From assembly GCA_963675515.1 (NCBI GenBank), contig OY776328.1:1680001-1712000 (forward strand): 32,000 nucleotides of DNA, written 5' to 3'. The notes under the pieces are model-generated. The model was not told where the DNA came from. It made no database searches and saw only the letters and a list, made by a program, of their open reading frames with translations. The stretch's first letter is position 1; every line of letters begins with the position of its first letter. The translations under genes and the position numbers were made by a program. Positions 23,881-32,000 of this stretch are shown one piece after another. Source of the DNA: Coprobacillaceae bacterium (GTDB lineage: Bacteria; Bacillota_I; Bacilli_A; Erysipelotrichales; Coprobacillaceae).

Positions 23881-24703
23881 ATCATTGAAAGTGATGATTG
23901 GCATCGTCGTGATGATGTTCTTTACCCTGTTGCCAGCCAATGCATTGCGTAGTTACGATATAACGTTCAAGACCGGTAGTCAGGGAAGCATCGCTTCCCA
24001 GGACCGGGTTGTTCTCAATCTGGAATATGGGGCAACTTTGGATCCGGATCTGATCCAGGCGGCCATCGATGTGAACGAAGGTTATTTCTTTACCGGGTTT
24101 TACCTTGATGTGCCTGAAACAGTGACCAGGGAAGACACCTTTGTCGCACAGTACCGCAAGATTATCGATTCGGTAACATACCAGATAAACTATCTCGATG
24201 AAAATGACAAACCTCTGGCAACGTCGGTTGTCAAGACAACCAATCTTAATGCTCCAGCAAGTGTCCTGGCCATGGAAATCCCGGATTACGCGGTCGATGC
24301 GGCAGTCAAAACCGAAACAATCACCCAGGATGGTATTCAAATCAGCTTCCATTACACATCGACCCTTGCCAGCTCGCCAGGTGGTGGAAGTTCAAGTTCC
24401 GGTAGTATTTCAACTTCAGTCGTTGTTGTGCCAGGTACCGGAAATCAAATAACTGTTGTTACCCCCGATGACGGAACAACAACCGATGACGACGGCACTA
24501 CAACCGATGATGGAACAACAACCGATGACGATGATGGAACTACAACCGATGACGATGGAACAATAATCGATGACGATGATGTGCCATTGACACCGGGCTT
24601 CTGGAATACAACCAGCGTCACAGCCGCTGCGGTAATAGCACTGTTGGCATCTGGAATCGTTCTCTGGCTGCTTGTTTTCAAGAAAAAACGTGGTAGCCGT
24701 TGA
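23870..24703 (+). CDS. Membrane-anchored adhesin-like protein (Listeria-Bacteroides-repeat-like + MucBP-like modules, acidic D/G/T repeat, C-terminal TM anchor)
   Basis: ORF track 23861..24703 (GTG). ATG 23870 follows AAGGGGTGG. YDITFKTGSQGSI...EGYFFTGFY resembles the Flg_new/List-Bact repeat. VTYQINYLDENDKPL...IQISFHYT resembles MucBP. The C-terminus is ...TSVTAAAVIALLASGIVLWLLVFKKKRGSR. Confidence 0.65.
   Translation: MKSRSLKVMIGIVVMMFFTLLPANALRSYDITFKTGSQGSIASQDRVVLNLEYGATLDPDLIQAAIDVNEGYFFTGFYLDVPETVTREDTFVAQYRKIIDSVTYQINYLDENDKPLATSVVKTTNLNAPASVLAMEIPDYAVDAAVKTETITQDGIQISFHYTSTLASSPGGGSSSSGSISTSVVVVPGTGNQITVVTPDDGTTTDDDGTTTDDGTTTDDDDGTTTDDDGTIIDDDDVPLTPGFWNTTSVTAAAVIALLASGIVLWLLVFKKKRGSR
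24467..24580 (+). repeat. In-frame imperfect tandem repeat, unit 18-24 nt (GAT GAC (GAY)n GGN ACW ACA ACC), encoding (D)nGTTT
   Basis: Five to six consecutive units read directly: gatgacggaacaacaacc / gatgacgacggcactacaacc / gatgatggaacaacaacc / gatgacgatgatggaactacaacc / gatgacgatggaacaataatc / gatgacgatgat. Confidence 0.85.
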
Positions 24704-25200
24704 TGGTGAAGCTCATCCATTTTTTAACCAATACAGTTATCGTCATTGTAGTCGCCTTTATGGCATTGTTGTATGTTCCAAGAATCATGGGAATCAGCCC
24801 TTATGTGGTGTTGTCGGGTTCGATGGAGCCTACTTACCATGTGGGCAGTCTGATTTTCGTAAACAAGAATTTTGATTCGATTGAAGTTGGTGATCCAATC
24901 ACCTTCCAAATATCCAGTTCAACTCTGGTAACCCACCGGGTTATTGAAGTGGACCAGGAGGCGATGCTCTACACGACCAAAGGCGATGCCAACAATACTG
25001 CCGATGGTTCCAAGGTGGCATATGACAATATTGTCGGGGTGCCAATGTTCACAATCCCATACCTGGGATATGTGGCGGTGTTCGCAATCAGTTTCAATGG
25101 CAAGATCATCCTGGGATCCGTGGTGGCTTTGATGATACTGCTTAGCTACCTGGCAGATATGTACAGGAAAGACCAAGAAAAAATGCCTACTCAACCCTGA
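24703..25200 (+). CDS. sipW: Signal peptidase I, ER/archaeal type (SipW-like, Ser-His)
   Basis: ORF track 24700..25200 (TTG). ATG 24703 overlaps the upstream TGA (TGATG). SPase boxes VLSGSMEPTY, LVTHRVIEV (His in place of the bacterial Lys box) and TKGDANNTADG. Contains an N-terminal and a C-terminal TM segment. Confidence 0.85.
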   Translation: MVKLIHFLTNTVIVIVVAFMALLYVPRIMGISPYVVLSGSMEPTYHVGSLIFVNKNFDSIEVGDPITFQISSSTLVTHRVIEVDQEAMLYTTKGDANNTADGSKVAYDNIVGVPMFTIPYLGYVAVFAISFNGKIILGSVVALMILLSYLADMYRKDQEKMPTQP

Positions 25201-25224
25201 ATGACAGTCGGGGTTGAGTTTTAC
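25189..25224 (+). terminator. Rho-independent terminator of the sipW operon
   Basis: ACTCAACCC (25189-25197) / GGGTTGAGT (25211-25219) followed by TTTTA. The stem begins inside the last sipW codons. Confidence 0.75.
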
Positions 25225-25245
25225 TATCGCGGATAGTTATTTCTC

Positions 25246-25274
25246 TTGATTTTTGACGCTTCATTTTATATAAT
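25246..25274 (+). promoter_or_regulatory. Sigma-A-type promoter of the hisS-aspS leader
   Basis: TTGATT (25246-25251), 17-nt spacer, TATAAT (25269-25274). Confidence 0.65.
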
Positions 25275-25280
25275 GTGGTT

Positions 25281-25488
25281 AATCTAGGGAACGGGATTAA
25301 GCAGGAAGAAGATTGCAGAGACAATATGGCTGGTGAAAATATTGATTTGACGTCTGCGGGACACCCGGGAAGAGTTACTTTGAATCGAGTAGAAGTAAAC
25401 GTTGGTCGCGTTAAGACAGAGTGCGTGTGAATCACACGAATTAAGGTGGTACCGCGTTTTTGACGTCCTTATTTTAAGGGCGTTTTTT
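25281..25488 (+). ncRNA. T-box riboswitch leader of hisS-aspS
   Basis: AGAGA bulge motif (25316-25320) and distal-loop-like GGCTGGTGAAA. Conserved T-box sequence AATTAAGGTGGTACCGCG (25439-25456). Terminator ACGTCCTT-loop-AAGGGCGT plus TTTTTT (25463-25488). Confidence 0.85.
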
Positions 25489-25508
25489 AGTTAAGATAAG
25501 GAGATACT

Positions 25509-26789
25509 ATGATAAAAGCACCAAGAGGTACGGTAGACATCCTGCCGGAACAATCAAAAAAATGGCAAGAGCTTGAACAGCTGATTAGATCGATCTGTTC
25601 ATATTACAATGTCCAGGAAATCAGGACACCGATCTTCGAGCACACGGAACTTTTTGTCCGTTCGGTAGGGGAGACGACAGATGTGGTCAACAAGGAAATG
25701 TACACATTTGCCGACAAAAAAGGCCGCTCTATGACCCTGCGTCCCGAAGGTACGGCCGGAGTTGCCCGCAGCTACATAGAAAACAAGATGTACGCCCTGC
25801 CAGAAAAAATCCAGAAACTGTTCTACATGGGACCGATGTTCCGCTATGAACGGCCCCAAAGCGGGCGGCAGCGGCAGTTCCACCAGTTCGGGGTGGAAAT
25901 GCTGGGAATCGAATCGCCTTATCTCGATGTCGAGTGCATGGTGATGGCGATCACCCTGGTCGACACTTTGGGAATCCAGAATGTCAAGCTCCATGTAAAC
26001 TCATTGGGAGATGAACAGAGCCGTCAGAATTACAAGGATGTATTGATGGCCCACTTCGAGCCAGTCTTGGGAGAACTTTGCTCCGACTGCCAGAGTCGCT
26101 ATGCGACCAATCCTTTGCGGATTCTCGATTGCAAGGTCGACAAGGGGCATCCATCGATGACGAATGCGCCAAAAACGATCGATTACCTGACTGACGAGGC
26201 CAGAGCCCACTTCGACAAGGTCTGCTCATTGCTTGACGACCTGGAAATCGAGTACATAGTCGATCCGTCACTGGTACGCGGCCTGGATTACTACAACCAT
26301 ACCGTTTTCGAGATCATCTCTGATGATCCCCGTCTAGGCAACGGAGCGACCCTTGGGGGAGGAGGCCGTTACAACGGTCTGATCGGTGAACTGGGCGGAC
26401 AAGACAGTGCCGGAGTCGGTTTCGCATTCGGGCTTGAGCGGATGATGCTGGCCATTGGTGACGAACTAGGCGTTGATGACGGGCTGGATGTATACCTCAT
26501 GCCTCTAGGCGAAAGAGCCCTTGATCTGGCGGTTCAAATCGCAGCAATGCTGCGGGCCAACGGTTTCAAGAGTGATCTTGATTACCAGCAGCGATCGATG
26601 AAAGGACAGTTCAAGTCGGTTGACCGGTTCAAGGCTAAATTCGCCCTGATCCTGGGTGAAAGCGAGCTGGACAAGGAAGTCGTGATCGTGAAAAACAATG
26701 CGACCAAGCAACAGGCTGAAGTCGATCTTGGTGACATTGTCAAATATTTGGAAAAAGAAATCGCAACAGGGGAGCATCATCATGAATAG
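25509..26789 (+). CDS. hisS: Histidine--tRNA ligase
   Basis: 426 aa. Class II aaRS motifs (...YMGPMFRYERPQSGRQRQFHQFGVE..., ...GGGRYNGL...). RBS AAGGAGA. Confidence 0.95.
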   Translation: MIKAPRGTVDILPEQSKKWQELEQLIRSICSYYNVQEIRTPIFEHTELFVRSVGETTDVVNKEMYTFADKKGRSMTLRPEGTAGVARSYIENKMYALPEKIQKLFYMGPMFRYERPQSGRQRQFHQFGVEMLGIESPYLDVECMVMAITLVDTLGIQNVKLHVNSLGDEQSRQNYKDVLMAHFEPVLGELCSDCQSRYATNPLRILDCKVDKGHPSMTNAPKTIDYLTDEARAHFDKVCSLLDDLEIEYIVDPSLVRGLDYYNHTVFEIISDDPRLGNGATLGGGGRYNGLIGELGGQDSAGVGFAFGLERMMLAIGDELGVDDGLDVYLMPLGERALDLAVQIAAMLRANGFKSDLDYQQRSMKGQFKSVDRFKAKFALILGESELDKEVVIVKNNATKQQAEVDLGDIVKYLEKEIATGEHHHE

Positions 26790-28530
26790 AACACATAACA
26801 ACGGCGAGCTGACTATCGCCAATATAAACGAAGAAGTCGAACTGATCGGCTGGGTTTCTAAGAAAAGAAATCTGGGTTCGCTGGCCTTTTTGGACCTGCG
26901 CGACCGCCACGGGGTGACCCAGATCGTATTCGGGGAAGATTTCGAGAGCGTCTTGCGCGATGTCAAAAACGAATACATAATCTCTGTATTGGGGAAAGTA
27001 ATCGAACGGGAGTCGAAAAATCCCAACATGGCTACCGGGGAGATCGAAATCGAGGCCAAGGAGCTCAAGGTAATCAACGAAGCCAACCTGACGCCGATGA
27101 TAATCGCCGACAACACTGATGCGCTTGAAGAGCTGCGCCTGCAGTACCGCTATCTTGATCTGCGCCGGCCGGTGATGCAACAAAAGCTCATCACCCGCCA
27201 CAAGATCACAAGATCGATCCGTGATTATCTAGACAATATGGATTTCATCGACATTGAAACACCATATCTCAACCTTTCGACACCTGAAGGGGCCCGGGAT
27301 TTCCTTGTGCCTTCAAGGGTCCACAACGGTTCTTTCTATGCCTTGCCTCAGTCTCCTCAGCTTTTCAAGCAGCTTTTGATGGTTTCAGGATTCGAGCGCT
27401 ATTACCAGATTGCCAGATGTTTCCGTGACGAGGACCTGCGGGCGGACCGCCAGCTGGAGTTCACCCAGGTCGACGTCGAGATGTCATTCATGTCGACTGA
27501 CCAGATCATGGCAGTTGGTGAAGGCCTGATTGCCAAGGTGATGAAGGATGTAAAAGGCATCGATATCTCTTTGCCCATCGGCCGGATGACTTACCACGAA
27601 GCGATGGAAAACTACGGAGTCGACAAGCCGGATATCCGCTTTGAAATGAAACTTGTCGATCTAAGCGAGATGGTCAAGGATGTCGAATTCAAGGTGTTCG
27701 AAACGGCGTTGCAAAACGGCGGATGTGTCAAGGCCATGAATGTCAAGAACGTGGCCAAGGACTATTCACGCAAGAAAATCGACGGGTTGACCGACTTTGT
27801 CAAGACATACAAGGCCAAAGGTCTGGCTTATCTCAAAGTCGAAAACAACCAGCTGACCGGACCGGTTGCCAAATTCTTTACCGAAGAAAAGCTGGCATCA
27901 ATAAAAGATGCAATGGATGGTGAGGAAAACGATCTGATCCTGTTTGCGGCCGACAGCTATGAAATCGTCTGCGACTCTTTGGGTAACCTGCGCAACAAGC
28001 TGGCCAAAGAGCTGGAACTTTATGATCCAAATGAATTCGCCTTCACCTGGGTGGTTGATTTTCCGATGTTCGAATACGACGAGGAAACCGACCGATACTA
28101 TGCCAAACATCATCCATTCACCAGGCCACTTGCCGGTCATGAAGACAAGTTGCTTCTTGATAAGGACAACTGTCTTTCCGACGCCTACGATATCGTCTTG
28201 AACGGATATGAACTTGGAGGCGGGTCGCAGCGGATTTATGAACAACAGCTCCAGGAAAAAGCGTTCGAAGCGCTGGGATTCACACCCGAACAGATCCAAA
28301 GCCAGTTTGGCTGGTTTGTCGACGCATTGAAATTCGGAACGCCGCCTCACGGGGGATTCGCTTTGGGTCTTGACCGCCTGGCGATGCTTATGACCAATTC
28401 GCAGTCAATCCGCGATGTCATCGCCTTCCCTAAAAACGCGGCAAGCAAGTGTCCGATGACCCAGGCGCCTCAAAGAGTAAGTGAAAGCCAATTGGCAGAA
28501 CTTGGAATAAAGGTCGAAGAAGATGAATAG
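26782..28530 (+). CDS. aspS: Aspartate--tRNA ligase
   Basis: ORF track 26698..28530. ATG 26782 overlaps the hisS stop by 8 nt and has GGGGAG upstream. Motifs: ...GWVSKKRNLGSLAFLDLRDRHG... (OB fold), ...FYALPQSPQLFKQLLM..., ...CFRDEDLRADRQLEFTQVD..., ...GGGSQRI... Confidence 0.95.
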   Translation: MNRTHNNGELTIANINEEVELIGWVSKKRNLGSLAFLDLRDRHGVTQIVFGEDFESVLRDVKNEYIISVLGKVIERESKNPNMATGEIEIEAKELKVINEANLTPMIIADNTDALEELRLQYRYLDLRRPVMQQKLITRHKITRSIRDYLDNMDFIDIETPYLNLSTPEGARDFLVPSRVHNGSFYALPQSPQLFKQLLMVSGFERYYQIARCFRDEDLRADRQLEFTQVDVEMSFMSTDQIMAVGEGLIAKVMKDVKGIDISLPIGRMTYHEAMENYGVDKPDIRFEMKLVDLSEMVKDVEFKVFETALQNGGCVKAMNVKNVAKDYSRKKIDGLTDFVKTYKAKGLAYLKVENNQLTGPVAKFFTEEKLASIKDAMDGEENDLILFAADSYEIVCDSLGNLRNKLAKELELYDPNEFAFTWVVDFPMFEYDEETDRYYAKHHPFTRPLAGHEDKLLLDKDNCLSDAYDIVLNGYELGGGSQRIYEQQLQEKAFEALGFTPEQIQSQFGWFVDALKFGTPPHGGFALGLDRLAMLMTNSQSIRDVIAFPKNAASKCPMTQAPQRVSESQLAELGIKVEEDE

Positions 28531-29605
28531 CCGGGTTGAATCGGTCGTAAAGCGGATCATCAAACGCCAGCTTGATGCGATTTTGATTACGGACTACCAT
28601 ACAATCGACTATCTGGTGGGCTATCAAAACCGCCCCGGAGAGAGATTCTTTGGACTGATTGTCACCAAGACCGGGGAGCTGACATTGGTGTTGAACAACC
28701 TGTTTTTCCTCGATTCGAAGCTTGACTGTTCTTTGATCTGGTATAGCGACACCGATTCCATCGCCCAGGCCATCTCCCCCGCATTGAAGGGGATCGACCG
28801 GCTGGGCGTGGACAAGAAGCTTGAAGCAAGGTTCCTCCTTGAATTCCAGGCTGTTTTCGACAATATCCATTTCACGCTTGGATCAATGTGCGTCGATGAA
28901 GTCAGGATGGTCAAGGATGAAAAGGAGATATCCCTTATGAAAAAAGCATCCCTGATCAACGACCGGGCCATGGAACTGATTAAAGATAAGATTGCCACAG
29001 GGATGTTTTGTGAAGTGGAGCTCAAAGATGAGTTGAAACGCATCTACCATGAACTTGGAGCTGATGATTTCAGTTTCGAACCGATTATCGCCTTTGGCAA
29101 GAACGGAGCCAATCCCCACCATGAACTGGACAGTACCAGACTTGCCCAGGGTGACAGCATAATTGTCGATATCGGATGTATCAAAGATGGTTATTGTTCC
29201 GACATGACCCGGACTTTCTTTTACAGGGAAGTGTCCACGAAACACCGTGATCTTTACGAGATAGTCAAAACGGCCAACGAGAAGGCGATCGCCATGATCC
29301 AACCGGGCGTGACCCTCAAAGAGATCGATGCAACGGCCCGCGATTATATCGACTCGCTGGGTTATGGGACATATTTCAACCACCGCCTGGGCCATTTCAT
29401 CGGGCGTGAAGTCCATGAATACGGCGATGTTTCAAGCAACTTCGATATGGAAGTCAAGCCAGGGATGATCTTTTCGATCGAGCCGGGTTTATATTTAAAA
29501 GACGAAATCGGGATCCGGATTGAGGACCTGGTGCTTGTCACACAAGACGGTGCGATATCTTTGAATGGTTTTGACAAGAATCTGATTATCTTAAAGGAGA
29601 AATAA
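28523..29605 (+). CDS. M24-family Xaa-Pro dipeptidase / aminopeptidase P-like
   Basis: 360 aa. Overlaps the aspS stop. Metal-binding pattern ...DIGCIKDGYCSDMTRTF..., ...HRLGHFIGREVHE..., ...SIEPGLY..., ...IRIEDLV... Confidence 0.85.
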   Translation: MNSRVESVVKRIIKRQLDAILITDYHTIDYLVGYQNRPGERFFGLIVTKTGELTLVLNNLFFLDSKLDCSLIWYSDTDSIAQAISPALKGIDRLGVDKKLEARFLLEFQAVFDNIHFTLGSMCVDEVRMVKDEKEISLMKKASLINDRAMELIKDKIATGMFCEVELKDELKRIYHELGADDFSFEPIIAFGKNGANPHHELDSTRLAQGDSIIVDIGCIKDGYCSDMTRTFFYREVSTKHRDLYEIVKTANEKAIAMIQPGVTLKEIDATARDYIDSLGYGTYFNHRLGHFIGREVHEYGDVSSNFDMEVKPGMIFSIEPGLYLKDEIGIRIEDLVLVTQDGAISLNGFDKNLIILKEK

Positions 29606-29606
29606 G

Positions 29607-30911
29607 ATGGATTATTTTATTGGAATCAAAGGTTCGGGAATGGGGCCGTTGGCTTGCATCATGCATGATCTGGGTCATGAGGTTGCCGGAAGCGACATCG
29701 ACAAATATATCTTCACTCAGGATCAGTTGGCCCTGCGCAATATTCCGGTCTATTCATTTGACAAAAATAACATCAAGGATGGCTACCATGTCATCATCGG
29801 GAACGCCTTTGACGAGTCGAACGTTGAAGTCAAGGCTGTCATGGAAAACCCTAATGTCACCTATGACCGCTATTTCACCTTCCTGGGAAAGTTCATGGAG
29901 AACTACCAGACAATCTCGATTGCCGGAACCCATGGCAAGACGACGACAACCGGAATGGCATACCATGTGTTCAAGGATTTCGACAAGACTTCGGTGCTTA
30001 TCGGTGACGGCGTAGGGCACGGCCTGAAAGACAGCAAGTACTTCATCGTCGAATCATGCGAATATCAGGACCATTTCCTTTCATATTTCCCGAAGTACGC
30101 TATCATCAACAATATCGAGCTTGACCATGTCGACTATTTTGGAAATCTGGAAAACTACATCAAGTCATTCGAGAAATTCGCCAACCAGGTAAAGGATACG
30201 GTCATTGTCTGGGGCGATGACAAGAATATCAAGAAACTCGACATCACCAGCCATGTGCTGCGCTTTGGCCTTGAGGCCAACAACGATGTGGTGGCCAAGA
30301 ATGTGATCCAGTCAAGCGACGGGCTCCACTTCGATGTTGTCATCCATAATGAGCTGTTCGGTCATTTCAACCTGCCTTTTTATGGCAACCATATGCTTTA
30401 CAATTCCCTGGCGATCATCGCCCTGGGTTATCTTGAAAACATGGACGGAGCCTATCTCCAGGAGAAACTGGCGACCTTCAAAGGGACCCAGCGCCGTTAC
30501 AGTGTCCAGGAAATCGGGGACAATGTGTATGTCGATGACTATGCCCATCACCCCACCGCGATCAATTTCGTTATTGATGCGACCAGGGCCCGTTATCCTG
30601 GCAAAAAGATTGTCGGAATATTCCAACCGGACCGGTTTTCCCGCGGCGCCGAGTTCAAAAATGAATTCGCAGCGGCCATGGAAAAGTGCGATTATCCGTA
30701 TTTCGTGCCGTTTCCCGACAATGCCAAGAAAGAAGAAGGGATCGACATCGACATCTTTGATATCGCCAATCTGGCCAAAAATGCCAAGGTGATCGAGGCA
30801 AATCAAAGCGGAGCTAGCGAGCTGGCCAAATACGAAAATGTCGTATTCCTGTTCATGTCCTCAAAAGATATCTACAAATTGAAAGATAAAGTGATTGAAT
30901 TAAAAAAATAA
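29607..30911 (+). CDS. murC: UDP-N-acetylmuramate--L-alanine ligase
   Basis: 434 aa. N-terminus YFIGIKGSGMGPLACIM, P-loop IAGTHGKTTTTGM, Mur ligase middle and C-terminal domains (...DDYAHHPTAI...). Confidence 0.9.
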   Translation: MDYFIGIKGSGMGPLACIMHDLGHEVAGSDIDKYIFTQDQLALRNIPVYSFDKNNIKDGYHVIIGNAFDESNVEVKAVMENPNVTYDRYFTFLGKFMENYQTISIAGTHGKTTTTGMAYHVFKDFDKTSVLIGDGVGHGLKDSKYFIVESCEYQDHFLSYFPKYAIINNIELDHVDYFGNLENYIKSFEKFANQVKDTVIVWGDDKNIKKLDITSHVLRFGLEANNDVVAKNVIQSSDGLHFDVVIHNELFGHFNLPFYGNHMLYNSLAIIALGYLENMDGAYLQEKLATFKGTQRRYSVQEIGDNVYVDDYAHHPTAINFVIDATRARYPGKKIVGIFQPDRFSRGAEFKNEFAAAMEKCDYPYFVPFPDNAKKEEGIDIDIFDIANLAKNAKVIEANQSGASELAKYENVVFLFMSSKDIYKLKDKVIELKK

Positions 30912-30962
30912 CTACAATATTGCCCATAAATGTGATAAAATGTTTGTAAGTGAGGTGATATA

Positions 30963-31271
30963 ATGAGTGTGATGGACGTATGCTTCAGTGTGCTGATCCT
31001 TTCCGGTGCTTTTGCGATCATGGCCTTGGGTCTGGTTTTTCTTAGAAGCTCGGCATTGATCCATTCATTGAACGTAATTGTGGCAACTTTGCCCGAAACC
31101 ACTGACCGGGTTAACAAGATTCTCGAAGATATCAACTACAAGCTGGATCTGCTTAACGCGCCATTGGAAACTATTAATCGCTTATTTAACCGGGCCCCTG
31201 TCAAACACGGCGACTTCGTGGCCAAGACAGCGGCAAGCATCATCAAATCAAGAAAAGACAAGAAAAAATAA
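30963..31271 (+). CDS. DUF948-type small membrane protein (YtxG-like)
   Basis: 102 aa. RBS GAGGTGA. One N-terminal TM segment followed by a helical region (TLPETTDRVNKILEDINYKLDLLNAPLETINRLF). Its position after murC matches Bacillus ytxG. Confidence 0.65.
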   Translation: MSVMDVCFSVLILSGAFAIMALGLVFLRSSALIHSLNVIVATLPETTDRVNKILEDINYKLDLLNAPLETINRLFNRAPVKHGDFVAKTAASIIKSRKDKKK

Positions 31272-31284
31272 AGGAGATCACATT

Positions 31285-32000
<716 letters not shown>

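Noticed and set aside
15000-25300. Prophage, integrative element or defence island interpretation of the accessory block.
   Set aside because: I could recognise no integrase, recombinase, phage structural, restriction-modification, nuclease, helicase or toxin-antitoxin-like genes. Every ORF fits a surface-filament or regulatory theme.
31078-31284. N-terminal extensions offered by the ORF track. Examples: 31078 for the YtxH-like gene, 26698 for aspS, 22458 for the lipoprotein, 19128 for pilT, and 1423, 2092, 7467, 15188, 22585, 23861 and 24700.
   Set aside because: The extensions overlap upstream genes, or start at TTG or GTG without an RBS. Internal ATGs are preceded by good Shine-Dalgarno sequences and give the family-typical N-termini (signal peptide, lipobox, YtxH motif and so on).

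Overview
32-kb chromosomal window from a low-GC Gram-positive bacterium (Bacillota). The backbone order is Bacillus-like: comN-like/recJ/apt/relA, then T-box-hisS-aspS, then murC, ytxG-like, ytxH-like and a ccpA-like gene. Finer taxonomy cannot be settled by eye. Backbone genes are pfkA, htpG (behind a CIRCE-like operator), a nitroreductase, an intact IS1182-family insertion sequence, recJ, apt, relA, hisS/aspS, an M24 Xaa-Pro peptidase and murC. Two accessory loci carry the interesting content. Locus 2 (about 15.0-25.3 kb) interrupts the relA-hisS junction and is bracketed by a decayed duplicate of the hisS promoter and leader start. It encodes a SARP-like (wHTH+BTAD) regulator fused to a degenerate GGDEF domain that keeps the RxxD I-site, three TasA/camelysin-like proteins with SipW-type signal peptides, two adhesin-like surface proteins and an ER/archaeal-type signal peptidase (SipW). 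It also encodes a tightly coupled 7-gene minus-strand operon: a transglutaminase-fold lipoprotein, a PilC/ComGB-like platform protein, four ComGC-GG-sized pseudopilin-like proteins with degenerate prepilin motifs, and a PilT-type (AIRNLIRE) ATPase as the only ATPase. Locus 1 (1.36-5.47 kb) is a satellite with two more TasA-like paralogues and an 859-aa vWA protein but no peptidase. All three TasA-like operons are preceded by the same element, TGTGACW-N4-TGTGACW-N9-(-10-like hexamer). That is the architecture expected for a SARP-type activator and ties both loci into one predicted regulon. This combination of a SipW/TasA-like fibre, a type-IV-filament-like motor, a transglutaminase and a c-di-GMP-type regulator is my candidate for the undescribed system. 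I saw no rRNA, tRNA or CRISPR array.
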